Below, piece by piece: positions 1-9,967 of a stretch of 64,000 bases of DNA. Position 1 is the first letter of the stretch; each line of letters opens with the position of its first letter. The stretch comes from Chthoniobacter sp. (GTDB lineage Bacteria > Verrucomicrobiota > Verrucomicrobiia > Chthoniobacterales > Chthoniobacteraceae). The notes beneath the pieces were generated by a model. It did not search any database and had not been told where the DNA came from. It saw only the letters and a list, made by a program, of their open reading frames with translations. The stretch lies in contig JANPHJ010000096.1 in the NCBI GenBank assembly GCA_031424395.1, forward strand, positions 969-64,968, written 5' to 3'. The translations under genes and the position numbers were made by a program.

Positions 1-1
1 C

Positions 2-2887
2 ATCGAGGTCGATCCGCGCGGGCGCGTGTGGGCGACGGAGTGCGTGAACTACCGCGGCTACATGAAACAGCGCGAGGAAGGCGACCGCGTGGTGATCCTT
101 GAAGACACTGACGGGGATGGCACGGCGGACAAGGCCAAGACTTTTTTCCAAAGCAAAGAACTCACGAACCCGCTCGGAATTTGCGTCCTCCCGCAGGCCA
201 AAGGCACAAAGGTAATCGTGAGCGCCGCGCCGAATGTGTGGCTGCTCACCGATGCCGACGGCGACGATGTCGCGGAGGATGCGAAGATCATCTTCAAGGT
301 CAGCGGCGTGTGGAATTACGATCACCAGATTCACTCCTTCATGTTTGGCCCGGATGGAAAATTTTACTTCAACTCCGGCAACTCCATCACCGAACTGACG
401 TGGCCGGACGGCACGAAAGTGAAAGACCTCGCGGGCCACGAAATCACCGGCCAGGGCAAGCCCTACCGGCAGGGCATGGTCTTCCGCTGCGACCTCGATC
501 TCGCCACCGGCAAGGCCAGCAACGTCGAAACGCTCGGCCACAATTTTCGCAACAACTACGAGGTGTGCGTCGATTCCTTCGGCACCATGTGGCAGTCCGA
601 CAATGACGACGACGGCAACAAAGGCGTGCGCATCAACTACGTCATGGAGCATGGCAACTACGGCTACGGCGACGAGATGACCGGCGCGGGCTGGCAGACC
701 AAACGCACCAACCTCGAAACCGAAATCCCGCTCCGCCACTGGCATCTGAACGACCCCGGCGTGGTGCCGAATCTCCTCCAGACCGGCGGCGGCTCGCCCA
801 CCGGCATCCTCGTCAATGAAGGCGCCACGCTCGGCGCGCCGTTCACCAACCAGCTCATCCACTGCGACGCCGGCCCGCGCACCGTCCGCGCCTATCCCGT
901 GGAAAATGACGGCGCGGGCTACAAGGCCACGATGACCGACATCCTTACCTCGACGGACAACTGGTACCGCCCGTCCGATGTGGCCATCGCGCCCGACGGC
1001 TCGCTCATCGTTGCCGATTGGTACGATCCCGGCGTCGGCGGTCACGCGATGGGCGATCACGAAATCGGCAAGATGATGGGCCGCATCTACCGCGTCGCGC
1101 CTACAGCGGGAAGGTATGCGATCACCGCGCCCGACTTCACCACCGCCGACGGCTGCGTGAGAGCGCTCGCGTCGCCCAACAAGCCCACGCAATCCACCGC
1201 CTGGGCCGCGCTCTCCGCGATGGGCGCAAAAGCTGAGCCTGCGCTGCTCGGCCTGTGGAAATCCGAGAACCCGCGCCTGCGCGCCCGCGCCCTCGGCCTG
1301 CTCGCGCGGTTGCCGGAGAAAGGCCTCGCGCATTTGCGCACCGCGCTCGGCGACCCGAGCAGCGACGTGCGCATCGCCGCCATCCGCCTTTGCACGACGC
1401 TGGAAAAATCGGACGTGATCGACACCTCGCCGCTCGACGAAGACCCCACGCTCGTCGGCAAAATGCTGCGCGACCCGAGCCCGCAGGTGCGCCGGCAGAT
1501 CGCCCTCGCGCTCGCCAATTCCAAAAAGATCGAGCCGCTTTGGGCCGCGCTCGCGCAGCAGCATGACGGCAAGGACCGCTGGTATCTCGAAGCGCTCGGC
1601 ATCGGCGCGCTGGGCAATGAAGACTCCTGCTTCGACGCATGGCTCGCCGCGGTTGGCGACAAATGGAACACGCCCGCCGGACGCGACATCATCTGGCGCA
1701 TGCGCTCCGCCAAGAACGCCGGCTTCCTCGTAAAAATCCTGACCGACAAATCCATCTCCGACAATGAGAAGCCCCGCTACCTCCGCGCCTTCGATTTCCT
1801 GCCGGAAAGCGCCGACAAGACCAAGGCGCTCGTCATGCTCGCCGGGCTCGGTGACAGCATGGGCGTGGTCGCGGGTGAGGCGCTCGCGCGCTTGAAAAAC
1901 GTGGACCTCAATGCCAACGCCGAGGTGAAAGCGGCCATCGAAAAACAAGTCGCCAGCGCGAAAGGCACGCCGCGTTTCGTCGAACTCGTCCGCGACTTCC
2001 GCCTGACCGGCCAGGCTCCCGCGCTGCTCGAAACCGCGCTCAAAAACCCGCAAGACCCGCTCGCCAATGACGCGCTGAAGCTGGTCCTCGCCGATGCCGA
2101 TTCCGCGAAGCTCATCGACTCCGCGCTCACCGGCCCGCACGCCGCCGGCGTCATTGCGCTGCTCGGCTCCAGCAGCGACCGCCGCGGCGCCGCCGCGCTC
2201 AGCGGCATCGTCGCCGCGCCGAATGCCGGCATGGCCCGCGCTGAAGCTGTCAAAGCGCTCGCCCGCACCCAACCCGGTGCGACCGCGCTCGTGCAGCTCG
2301 CCAAGGACGGCAAGCTCCCCGCGGACCTCAAGCCCGCCGCGACGACCGCGCTGAACCTCGTGCAATATCCCGCGCTGAAAAACGACATCGCCACGCTCTT
2401 CCCCTCCGCGCAGGCGCTCGGCGGGAAGCCGCTCCCGCCCATCGCCGAACTCGCCAAACTCCCCGCCAGCGTCGCGCACGGCAAAGCCGTCTTCGAGCGC
2501 GCCGAAAGCTCCTGCGTCTCCTGCCATCGCGTGAATGAAGCCGGCGTGGATTTCGGCCCCGCGCTCAGCGAGATCGGTACGAAGCTGCCGAAGGAGGCGA
2601 TCTTCGACGCCATCATCAATCCCAACGCCGGCCTCAGCATGGGCTTTGAAACCACCCAGCTTGAAACCAAGGACGGCGGCGGCGCGATGGGCATCGTCCG
2701 CAGCGAGACGGCCGACGAACTCGTGCTCGCGCTCCCCGGCGGCGCGACCAATAAATTTGCCAAAAACCAAATCGCCAAACGCGAAAAGCTCACTACCTCG
2801 ATGATGCCGAGCGGCTTGAACCAGGCGCTCAGCCAGCAGGACCTCGTCGATGTCGTCGAGTACCTCGCTTCGCTGAAAAAGAAATAG
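2..2887 (+). CDS. PVC-type heme-binding CxxCH protein (dehydrogenase-like propeller + HEAT repeats + C-terminal cytochrome c domain); 5' partial
   Basis: The frame is open to the window edge, so the true start lies upstream. HEAT-like repeats are present (LRARALGLLARL, DVRIAAIRL, QVRRQIALALA). The C-terminus has a CVSCH heme-c motif followed by sequence typical of the Pirellula/Verrucomicrobium-type heme-binding domain. Confidence 0.85.
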   Translation: MEVDPRGRVWATECVNYRGYMKQREEGDRVVILEDTDGDGTADKAKTFFQSKELTNPLGICVLPQAKGTKVIVSAAPNVWLLTDADGDDVAEDAKIIFKVSGVWNYDHQIHSFMFGPDGKFYFNSGNSITELTWPDGTKVKDLAGHEITGQGKPYRQGMVFRCDLDLATGKASNVETLGHNFRNNYEVCVDSFGTMWQSDNDDDGNKGVRINYVMEHGNYGYGDEMTGAGWQTKRTNLETEIPLRHWHLNDPGVVPNLLQTGGGSPTGILVNEGATLGAPFTNQLIHCDAGPRTVRAYPVENDGAGYKATMTDILTSTDNWYRPSDVAIAPDGSLIVADWYDPGVGGHAMGDHEIGKMMGRIYRVAPTAGRYAITAPDFTTADGCVRALASPNKPTQSTAWAALSAMGAKAEPALLGLWKSENPRLRARALGLLARLPEKGLAHLRTALGDPSSDVRIAAIRLCTTLEKSDVIDTSPLDEDPTLVGKMLRDPSPQVRRQIALALANSKKIEPLWAALAQQHDGKDRWYLEALGIGALGNEDSCFDAWLAAVGDKWNTPAGRDIIWRMRSAKNAGFLVKILTDKSISDNEKPRYLRAFDFLPESADKTKALVMLAGLGDSMGVVAGEALARLKNVDLNANAEVKAAIEKQVASAKGTPRFVELVRDFRLTGQAPALLETALKNPQDPLANDALKLVLADADSAKLIDSALTGPHAAGVIALLGSSSDRRGAAALSGIVAAPNAGMARAEAVKALARTQPGATALVQLAKDGKLPADLKPAATTALNLVQYPALKNDIATLFPSAQALGGKPLPPIAELAKLPASVAHGKAVFERAESSCVSCHRVNEAGVDFGPALSEIGTKLPKEAIFDAIINPNAGLSMGFETTQLETKDGGGAMGIVRSETADELVLALPGGATNKFAKNQIAKREKLTTSMMPSGLNQALSQQDLVDVVEYLASLKKK

Positions 2888-2933
2888 CCGTTCCTTGCGC
2901 CCCGCCCCCCGCGCTGCCAATTTCCGCGCGCCC

Positions 2934-3419
2934 ATGCACCGCCCCTTCCCCCTCGCCATTTCCGCCGCCGCGCTCCTCGCCGGTTGCGCGAGTTTTTCGC
3001 AAAAAGAACTCGGGCAAATCCGCCAGCAGGGCGTGCCGCCCGTCATCGTCGGCAAGATGGAGCACGGTCACGTGCTGAAGCCCGACGAGATCATCGAACT
3101 CGCACGCCGCGGCGTTTCCGAAACGCTCATCCTCCGGCAGGTCAACGACGCCGGGCTCGATTACATCCTCGCGAAAAATGATGTCATGCGGCTGCGCGCG
3201 GCGCACATTAGCCAGCCCGTCATCGACGCACTCATGGCGGAGTCGGATCGTTTCGCGCGCAACTACGCGCCGGGCTTTGGCCCGCATTACGTGAGCCCGT
3301 ACGACGACACGATTTACGGCAACGACCCCTACCGCTACACCGGCGACGCCACGGACGGCGTCGGCTTTTCCAACTACCAAGGGCCGCGCACCTACGATCC
3401 GTACGTCTGGCGGCGCTAG
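2934..3419 (+). CDS. hypothetical lipoprotein
   Basis: An ATG at 2934 gives MHRPFPLAISAAALLAGC, a lipobox-type signal peptide. GC3 bias is high. I recognise no family. Confidence 0.55.
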   Translation: MHRPFPLAISAAALLAGCASFSQKELGQIRQQGVPPVIVGKMEHGHVLKPDEIIELARRGVSETLILRQVNDAGLDYILAKNDVMRLRAAHISQPVIDALMAESDRFARNYAPGFGPHYVSPYDDTIYGNDPYRYTGDATDGVGFSNYQGPRTYDPYVWRR

Positions 3420-3420
3420 C

Positions 3421-6400
3421 CTACGGCTGTTGCAGCCGGAGCCGTAGATTGCGCCGCGGATGCGCCGGGTCCGCGAGGTCGTAGAGATCGCGGACTTCGA
3501 CGCTGCGGGTATTGCCGGAGCCGGTCTCGCTCACGGCGGCACCGGCGGCGAGGACGGTGAAGGCACCGCCGCCGGTACTGCGCGCGAGGTCGGTCCACGG
3601 CCCGGCGGGCGAGTCCGCGCCCTGCACGGTGACGGTCACATCGCCCGCATTGGCGTTGCGGGGAAAAACGAGCGTGAGGCGATTGCCGGCGACGATCGAC
3701 TGGACCGGCGGGGCGGTGCCCGCGGCCGGATTGGTGCCGTGGAAATACTCCCAGATGTTCAGCAGCAAATCGTTGTCCGCATTGGCGAGCGCGCCGCTCT
3801 GGCCGCCGGGGAAGGCGATGCCGGTGGTCCAACCGGCGTAGTCGAGCAGTACGGCGACCGGCGCGGGCGGCAGGGCGAGCGCGGCGATTTCCGCGGCGCT
3901 GAGGCCCCGGCTGTAGATGCGGAAATCGTCGAGCGCGCCGGCGAAAAGCGGGTCGGCGGCGAACTGCGAATCGCCGAGGTAGTTCGCGGTCTGCGTGACG
4001 TTGGCCGGATCAATGGTGATGCTCGTCGTCGCGACCGCCGCGCCATTCACGTAAAGCGTGCCGGTGCTGCCGATGAGCGTGACGGCGACATGCGCCCACT
4101 CGCCGACCGGCAGCGCAGCGGGGCCGGCGAGGCGCTGCACGGTGCCGCCGCTGTTGAGGATCGCAAATTGCACGGTGCCGCTGCCGCTCGAAGGCGTGAG
4201 CAGCAGGTACTGGGCGGTGCCCGCGCCGAAATCGAAGATGCGCTGCCACGCCGCGCCGCCATCCCAGCGCACGCGCAAGGCGAAGGTCGCGTCAGTCAGC
4301 GCGCCCACCACATTCGCCGGGAGCGTGACGAGATCGTCCACGCCATCGAAGTGCAGCGCCTTGTCGAAAAACCCGTCCTCGTAAGTTGGCGAGCCCGTCG
4401 TGGTGCCTGCGCCGCCGCCCGCGGTGTTCAGCGTGTTGCCGTCGAATTGATACTGCGCCACGAGGCCCGCGACGGGTGCGGAGACGGTGATGTTCACCTC
4501 TGCGTCATCGGCGAGCAGCGTTTGATCGGTGACGCGGACGGTGAAGCGGTTCACGCCGACATCGTTCGCCGCGGGCAGGCCGGAGAGGCGTCCGTCCGCG
4601 CCGACGGTGAGCCACGCGGGGCCGCTGACTTTGCTAAAAGTGAACACGCTGCCCGCGTCGGGATCGGTGACATTCAGCGCGAGCGACTGGTTGTAGGCGG
4701 TGCCCGCAGTCGCGCCGGGTTTGGTCATCGGATCGGCGGTGAATGTGGGCGCGTGGCCGTTCATCAGCGCGGCGATTTGCGCGGCGTTGAGCGCGGTGTT
4801 GAAGATGACAAAGTCGTCGATGCGCCCATCGAAAAGCGGGGCGGCGCTGTACTGGCTTTTGCCGATGTAATTCGTCGCCGGAAGAATATCCGACGGCTTG
4901 ACCGACATCGCGCCACTCGCGGCCAGCGCGCCGTTGACGTACAACTTTCCCGTGCCCGCGCCGAGCGTGACGGCGACGTGAACCCATGTGCCCGTGGGCT
5001 GCGACGGAGTTTCGATGCCCTGCTCGGTGCCGTTGTTTTTGATGGCAAAGCGAATGGTGGACGTGGCGGATCTTGGCGAGAGAAAGAAATACTCCTCGGA
5101 GCCGTTGCCGAAATCGAAGAGCCGCTGCCAGCTCGCCGTGGAATCGCGCTGGAACCACATGGCGACCGTGATCTCGCTGGCCTCCGCGACGCCCGCCGGC
5201 AGCGTCACGTATTGGCCCGTGCCGCTGAGGTCGATCGCCTGGCCGCTGTGCCCCGTCGCGTAGGCGGGCGAGCCGGTCGCGGTGCCGTGCGCGGTGCCGA
5301 CGGAGGCGTTGGCGTTTCCATCGAATGCGTAGCGCGCGACCATGCCGCCCGCTTCCGCGACGGTGACCTGCAACATCGTCGCGTGAATCGCGCCGGTCGC
5401 ATCGGTCACGCGGACGTAGAAATTGTTCACGCCGCCATCGAGCGCGGTGGGCACGCCGGTGAGGCTGCCATCCTGCGCGACCGCCAGCCACGGCGGGCCG
5501 CTCATTTTGGAAAAAGTCCGCGTGCCCGCGCCGCCGAGCGCATCGGCGGCGAGCGAGCCGGTGTAGGGCTGGAGCTTCGTCCCGCCCGGTTTGACGAGCG
5601 TTGTGCTCGAAAATTGCGGCGGCCCCGTGGCGACCATCGCCGCGATTTGCGCGTCGGTGAGCGCGCTGCTCACGATGCGCACGTCGTCCATTTTCCCGTT
5701 GAAGAGCGGATCGGCGAACTGGCTTTTGCCGAGGTAGTTGAACTTCGTGTCCACATCGACCGGGTTGATCGTCATCGCTGTGTTCGTGTTCACGAGTGCG
5801 CCGTTGACGAACAATTTTCCCACATCGCCCGCGATCGTGACGGCGACGTGAACCCACTGGCCGGTCGCCAGCGCGCCCGTGTTGAGTTGCTGCTCGCTGC
5901 CGCCATCGCGCATCAGGAAACGCAGACCGCCGCTCGTGCCCGCCTTGGGCGTGAACGCGAGGTAGTTGGAAGTGCCGAGGCCGAAATCGAAAATGCGCTG
6001 CCAGTCCGCGCCGCCATTCCACCAGACCCACGCGGCGAAGGTGAAATCCGTCGTGTCCGCGATGCGCGGCGAAAGCTGCACGTAGTCAGTCGTGCCGTTA
6101 AACTGGAGCGCCTGCCCGTATTTGCCCGCCGCGAAATTCGGCGTGCCGGCGAGCAGGCCGTCCTGGCCGTTGCCCCACGAGTCATGCGCGTTGCCGTCGA
6201 AATCGTAGCGCGCGGAATTGCCCGTGCCGGCATCCGCCATTTCCTGCGCGTAGGCGATGGGGGCCACATGATCGCGATACATCGACCCCATCGGCGTGAG
6301 GCTGCCATCGGTGTAGTGCGTGTCGCGGAACCATTCCACGTTGCTGTAAACGGCGTAGCGCTCGATCCACGGCGTGCTGTCCATCATGTTCACCATAGCC

Positions 6401-7644
6401 TCGATCACGTCGCGATTCTGGGTCACGTTCGGATCGTGCGCGTCGTCGGTCCAGTTCGCCCCGTTGTTGAACTCGGTGACCCAAATCGGGCGCTGCGCGA
6501 CGTCGTAGATGCTCTTGAGGTAATTGTAGAGGTTGTTGGCCGCGGTAGTCGGGTTGTTGCCCGACGTGCTGCGGTAGTAGTGGACCGGCACATAGTCGAT
6601 TCGCACCCCCGCGGCATTGGCCTGATTGATGAAATCGACAATCCAACTGTAGCCGCCATCGGTGACCGCGGGCGCGCCCACGCGCAGGCCGGTGCCGAGC
6701 AACTCGGGGTAACGGGCGACGGCGTCGGAAACCGAACCGAGCGGGGTCAGATTCTGGTAGGCGTCCTCGACGGGGTTGTTCGGCTCGTTGAACCCGGAGA
6801 GATGGTTCACCCCGCGCGCCTTCCAATCCTGATCCGTGCCCGGCCAGTAAGGCTGCTGCTTGATCGCCACATACTCCCAGTCCAGCGTGGAGTTCAGGCT
6901 GATGTTCCAGTTGTAGTGCCAGTTCGCCTTCAAGTCGGCCGGGGCCACGTCGCACGAGCCTTTCTTGCTCACCCAGCGCCACGGAAAAATGCGCACGAAA
7001 CGCACCTGATCCGCCAGCGTATCCGGCAGCCGCCCCACCTCGAGATCGCCATCCTGCGCCACGTAGCACTTGCTCACGCCCGTGCCGTTTTCATTTTGCG
7101 CAAAGGTCGCCATGTAACCGTGCTTCAGCCGGAACGAGCGGATCGCCATTTTCATCCCGCCGAGCTGCCAATCGGCGTACTTCACGTACGGGTACAGGCG
7201 CTTCGATTTGCCCGCGAAATAGCGCGCGTCAAAAACCTCGAGCGGCGAATAGCCGGAGGCCTGCGGAATCACCACCGCGCCCATCGCTTTCTGCACGATG
7301 CGCACATTCGTATCCAACACCGCCGCCGCGCCGTTCACGAAAATGCGGCTGAGGAAAGTGGACGCCACCGTGCCCGGCTGGATGGCGGTCATGTAGAAAA
7401 ACGCGTCCGGCGAATTCAGATTGATCGTGCAGCCCGTGATCGGATCGCCCGCACCCGTGATGCGCAGTTCCGCGCGCCCCGTCATCGTCACCGCCGTGTT
7501 CGTCAGCGTCGCGTAGGTTAGCGAGGCATTGCTGATATTCAGCGTCTGCGCGGACGCGAGCCACGGGATGAAAAAAAGGAGCGCGCAGGCCAGGCGACGG
7601 GCGAATGCGGCGTGCGCCCGCCGCGATTCGGGAGCGGAGGTCAT
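3421..7644 (-). CDS. secreted glycoside hydrolase (Glyco_hydro_cc / GH128-type core) fused to three LamG/ConA-like domains, two cadherin-type Ig-like domains and a C-terminal module
   Basis: Signal peptide ...ALLFFIPWLASAQT. Catalytic-core motifs NWHYNWN, GFNEPN and IWVTEFN. Three ~190-aa repeats each start ARY.FDGN and contain WQRIFDFG, WVHVAVT and LYVNGA. Ig-like inserts read FSK.SGP.WL...G.L.G.P. I chose the start at MTSAPESRR (7644) rather than the ORF start at 7686. Confidence 0.8.
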   Translation of the reverse strand: MTSAPESRRAHAAFARRLACALLFFIPWLASAQTLNISNASLTYATLTNTAVTMTGRAELRITGAGDPITGCTINLNSPDAFFYMTAIQPGTVASTFLSRIFVNGAAAVLDTNVRIVQKAMGAVVIPQASGYSPLEVFDARYFAGKSKRLYPYVKYADWQLGGMKMAIRSFRLKHGYMATFAQNENGTGVSKCYVAQDGDLEVGRLPDTLADQVRFVRIFPWRWVSKKGSCDVAPADLKANWHYNWNISLNSTLDWEYVAIKQQPYWPGTDQDWKARGVNHLSGFNEPNNPVEDAYQNLTPLGSVSDAVARYPELLGTGLRVGAPAVTDGGYSWIVDFINQANAAGVRIDYVPVHYYRSTSGNNPTTAANNLYNYLKSIYDVAQRPIWVTEFNNGANWTDDAHDPNVTQNRDVIEAMVNMMDSTPWIERYAVYSNVEWFRDTHYTDGSLTPMGSMYRDHVAPIAYAQEMADAGTGNSARYDFDGNAHDSWGNGQDGLLAGTPNFAAGKYGQALQFNGTTDYVQLSPRIADTTDFTFAAWVWWNGGADWQRIFDFGLGTSNYLAFTPKAGTSGGLRFLMRDGGSEQQLNTGALATGQWVHVAVTIAGDVGKLFVNGALVNTNTAMTINPVDVDTKFNYLGKSQFADPLFNGKMDDVRIVSSALTDAQIAAMVATGPPQFSSTTLVKPGGTKLQPYTGSLAADALGGAGTRTFSKMSGPPWLAVAQDGSLTGVPTALDGGVNNFYVRVTDATGAIHATMLQVTVAEAGGMVARYAFDGNANASVGTAHGTATGSPAYATGHSGQAIDLSGTGQYVTLPAGVAEASEITVAMWFQRDSTASWQRLFDFGNGSEEYFFLSPRSATSTIRFAIKNNGTEQGIETPSQPTGTWVHVAVTLGAGTGKLYVNGALAASGAMSVKPSDILPATNYIGKSQYSAAPLFDGRIDDFVIFNTALNAAQIAALMNGHAPTFTADPMTKPGATAGTAYNQSLALNVTDPDAGSVFTFSKVSGPAWLTVGADGRLSGLPAANDVGVNRFTVRVTDQTLLADDAEVNITVSAPVAGLVAQYQFDGNTLNTAGGGAGTTTGSPTYEDGFFDKALHFDGVDDLVTLPANVVGALTDATFALRVRWDGGAAWQRIFDFGAGTAQYLLLTPSSGSGTVQFAILNSGGTVQRLAGPAALPVGEWAHVAVTLIGSTGTLYVNGAAVATTSITIDPANVTQTANYLGDSQFAADPLFAGALDDFRIYSRGLSAAEIAALALPPAPVAVLLDYAGWTTGIAFPGGQSGALANADNDLLLNIWEYFHGTNPAAGTAPPVQSIVAGNRLTLVFPRNANAGDVTVTVQGADSPAGPWTDLARSTGGGAFTVLAAGAAVSETGSGNTRSVEVRDLYDLADPAHPRRNLRLRLQQP

Positions 7645-7855
7645 GCCTGACCTTGGCACACGACTGCGCCGCGGGGAATGAGACAATGCGCCATTCGGTT
7701 TGTGATTTTGCGCGAAAGCACAGGATGGGCGCCCAGCGGCGCTTTCCCGTTTTCGGCGGCATGATGGTGCTTCAACTCGTCTCGGTGAAAACGCTGGTCG
7801 TCAAAACAAAGGGCGTGCCCATCGCGGAAATCGAGAAGAAGCTCGGTTTCATCTG

Positions 7856-8752
7856 ATGAGCACGCCCCCCGTCATTGCCGGCCTCGGCGAAGTGCTGTGG
7901 GATGTCTATCCCGACGCCGCGCACTTCGGCGGAGCACCCGCGAACTTCGCCTGTCACGCCGCCAGCCTCGGCGCGGAATCGTGGATGGTCAGCGCCGTCG
8001 GCACAGACGAACTCGGCGACCGCGCCCTCGAAGCGCTGCGCCAGCGCGGCGTGGCTTGCGGCCATGTCAGCCGCGACGCCCTGCACGCGACGGGCCGCGT
8101 GCTCGTCACGCTCAACGTCGCAAGCCAGGCCAGCTACGTATTCGCCGCCGACACCGCCTGGGATCATCTCGCATGGTCGGACGATCTCGGCGCGCTCGCC
8201 GCCCGCTGCGCGGCCGTGTGCTTCGGCACCCTCGGCCAGCGCTCGCCCATTTCGCGCGAAACCATCCGCCGTTTCATCGAAGCTACGCCGCGCACCGCGC
8301 TGCGCGTCTTCGACGTGAATTTGCGCCAGCGTTTCTACGACCGGGAAGCGATCCACGCCTCCCTGCAAATTGCCTCCGTGCTGAAACTGAACGACGAGGA
8401 ATTGCCCATCGTGGCCAAACTCTCCGGCGTACGCGCCACGACTCCGCGCGATATGCTCATCGAACTCGCCACCATCTACGACGTTCGCCTCGCGGCCCTC
8501 ACCCGCGGTTCCCACGGCTCCCTGCTCCTCGCTGGCGGCGAGGAAAGCGAATGTCCCGCCCCGCCCACGACTGTCGTGGACACCGTCGGCGCCGGCGATG
8601 CCTTCACCGCCACCCTTGTCTCCGGCTTCCTCCGCGGCCTGCCCCTCGCCACCATCAACCGCCACGCCAACGCCGTCGCCTCCTTCGTCTGCTCGCAAAA
8701 AGGCGCCACCCCGCCGCTGCCGGAAGCGCTCCGCCATGCACCGCCAGATTAA
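7856..8752 (+). CDS. PfkB-family carbohydrate kinase (fructokinase-like)
   Basis: N-terminal GEVLWDVYPD...GGAPANFA and C-terminal DTVGAGDAFTA motifs are typical of PfkB fructokinases. Confidence 0.85.
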   Translation: MSTPPVIAGLGEVLWDVYPDAAHFGGAPANFACHAASLGAESWMVSAVGTDELGDRALEALRQRGVACGHVSRDALHATGRVLVTLNVASQASYVFAADTAWDHLAWSDDLGALAARCAAVCFGTLGQRSPISRETIRRFIEATPRTALRVFDVNLRQRFYDREAIHASLQIASVLKLNDEELPIVAKLSGVRATTPRDMLIELATIYDVRLAALTRGSHGSLLLAGGEESECPAPPTTVVDTVGAGDAFTATLVSGFLRGLPLATINRHANAVASFVCSQKGATPPLPEALRHAPPD

Positions 8753-8760
8753 ATCAACTC

Positions 8761-9885
8761 ATGCACACCCCGAAAACCATCTCCTCGCTGGCCGCCCTTC
8801 TGCTGGCCGCCCTTTGTTCATTACGCGCCGCCTCGCCGCTGCCGCGGAGTTCGCCGGAGGCGCAGGGCGTGGCGTCGGCGGGGATGCGGGAGTTTGTCGA
8901 GGCGGCGGACAAGAACGTGGACACGATGCACAGCTTCATGCTCGTGCGGCATGGGCAGGTCGTGGCGGAGGGTTGGTGGAAACCGGAGGCCGAGGAGAAG
9001 CCGCATGTGCTGTATTCGCTAAGCAAAAGTTTCACCTCCGCCGCCGTTGGCCTCGCGGTCGCGGAGGGGAAGCTGAGCGTGGATGATCCAGTGCTGAATT
9101 TTTTCCCCGACGACGCGCCCGCGCCGCCGTCCGACAAGCTCAAGGCGATGCGCGTGCGCGACCTGCTCACGATGTCCACGGGGCACCAGACCGAGCCGAA
9201 GCTTACGGCGGAGGAGACGTGGGCAAAGTCGTTCCTCGCGCATCCCGTCGAGCACAAGCCGGGCACGCATTTTCTCTACAATTCGGCTGGCACTTACATG
9301 TGCTCGGCCATCGTGCAAAAGCTCACGGGACAGACGGTGCTCGACTACCTGCGCCCGCGTTTGTTCGAGCCGCTGGGCATCGAGGGCGCGGAGTGGAGCA
9401 CGAGTCCGCAGGGCATCTCCGCCGGTGGCTGGGGGCTGTTTTTGAAAACGGAGGACATCGCAAAATTCGGGCAGCTGTTTTTGCAAAAGGGTCAGTGGAA
9501 GGGCAAGCCGCTCGTGCCCGCGGCGTGGGTTGAGCAGGCGACAGCGAAGCAAGTCTCCAACGGGAGCGATCCGTCGAAAGATTGGGATCAAGGCTACGGC
9601 TTTCAATTCTGGCGCTGCCGCCACGGCGCGTATCGCGGCGACGGCGCGTTCGGGCAATTCTGCATCGTGCTGCCGGATCAGGACGCCGTCATCGCCATCA
9701 CCGCCGACACGAAAGACATGCAGGCCGAGTTGAACATCGTGTGGGAAAAGCTGCTGCCCGCTTTGCAAAAAGACACGCTGCCCGCGAACGCGGACGAGGA
9801 AGCGAAGCTCAGACAAACGCTCGCCAACCTCGCCGTACGTGAGGGGCACACGACGAACGTCATCAAGCTGCCGGGGTCGAAGTAA
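8761..9885 (+). CDS. beta-lactamase-family serine hydrolase (secreted)
   Basis: Signal peptide MHTPKTISSLAALLLAALCSL. SxxK motif SLSKSF. Starts 9 nt after the fructokinase stop. The track ORF 7897..9885 has a spurious N-terminal extension. Confidence 0.8.
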   Translation: MHTPKTISSLAALLLAALCSLRAASPLPRSSPEAQGVASAGMREFVEAADKNVDTMHSFMLVRHGQVVAEGWWKPEAEEKPHVLYSLSKSFTSAAVGLAVAEGKLSVDDPVLNFFPDDAPAPPSDKLKAMRVRDLLTMSTGHQTEPKLTAEETWAKSFLAHPVEHKPGTHFLYNSAGTYMCSAIVQKLTGQTVLDYLRPRLFEPLGIEGAEWSTSPQGISAGGWGLFLKTEDIAKFGQLFLQKGQWKGKPLVPAAWVEQATAKQVSNGSDPSKDWDQGYGFQFWRCRHGAYRGDGAFGQFCIVLPDQDAVIAITADTKDMQAELNIVWEKLLPALQKDTLPANADEEAKLRQTLANLAVREGHTTNVIKLPGSK

Positions 9886-9967
9886 CTGCGAAGGCTATCC
9901 GCCGGAGGTTGGCGCCATTGCAATTCACGCGCGGCAGCCGGACTGTCCGGCTCCGAGACGACCGACG

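Noticed and set aside
7897-8760. N-terminal extensions of several track ORFs: 7897..9885, 42404..45217, 52696..54000, 17327..18826, 18678..19871, 40150..41067 and 24900..25745.
   Set aside because: The extensions overlap well-supported upstream genes in other frames and are compositionally arginine/proline-rich. Internal starts give proper signal peptides or conserved N-termini.
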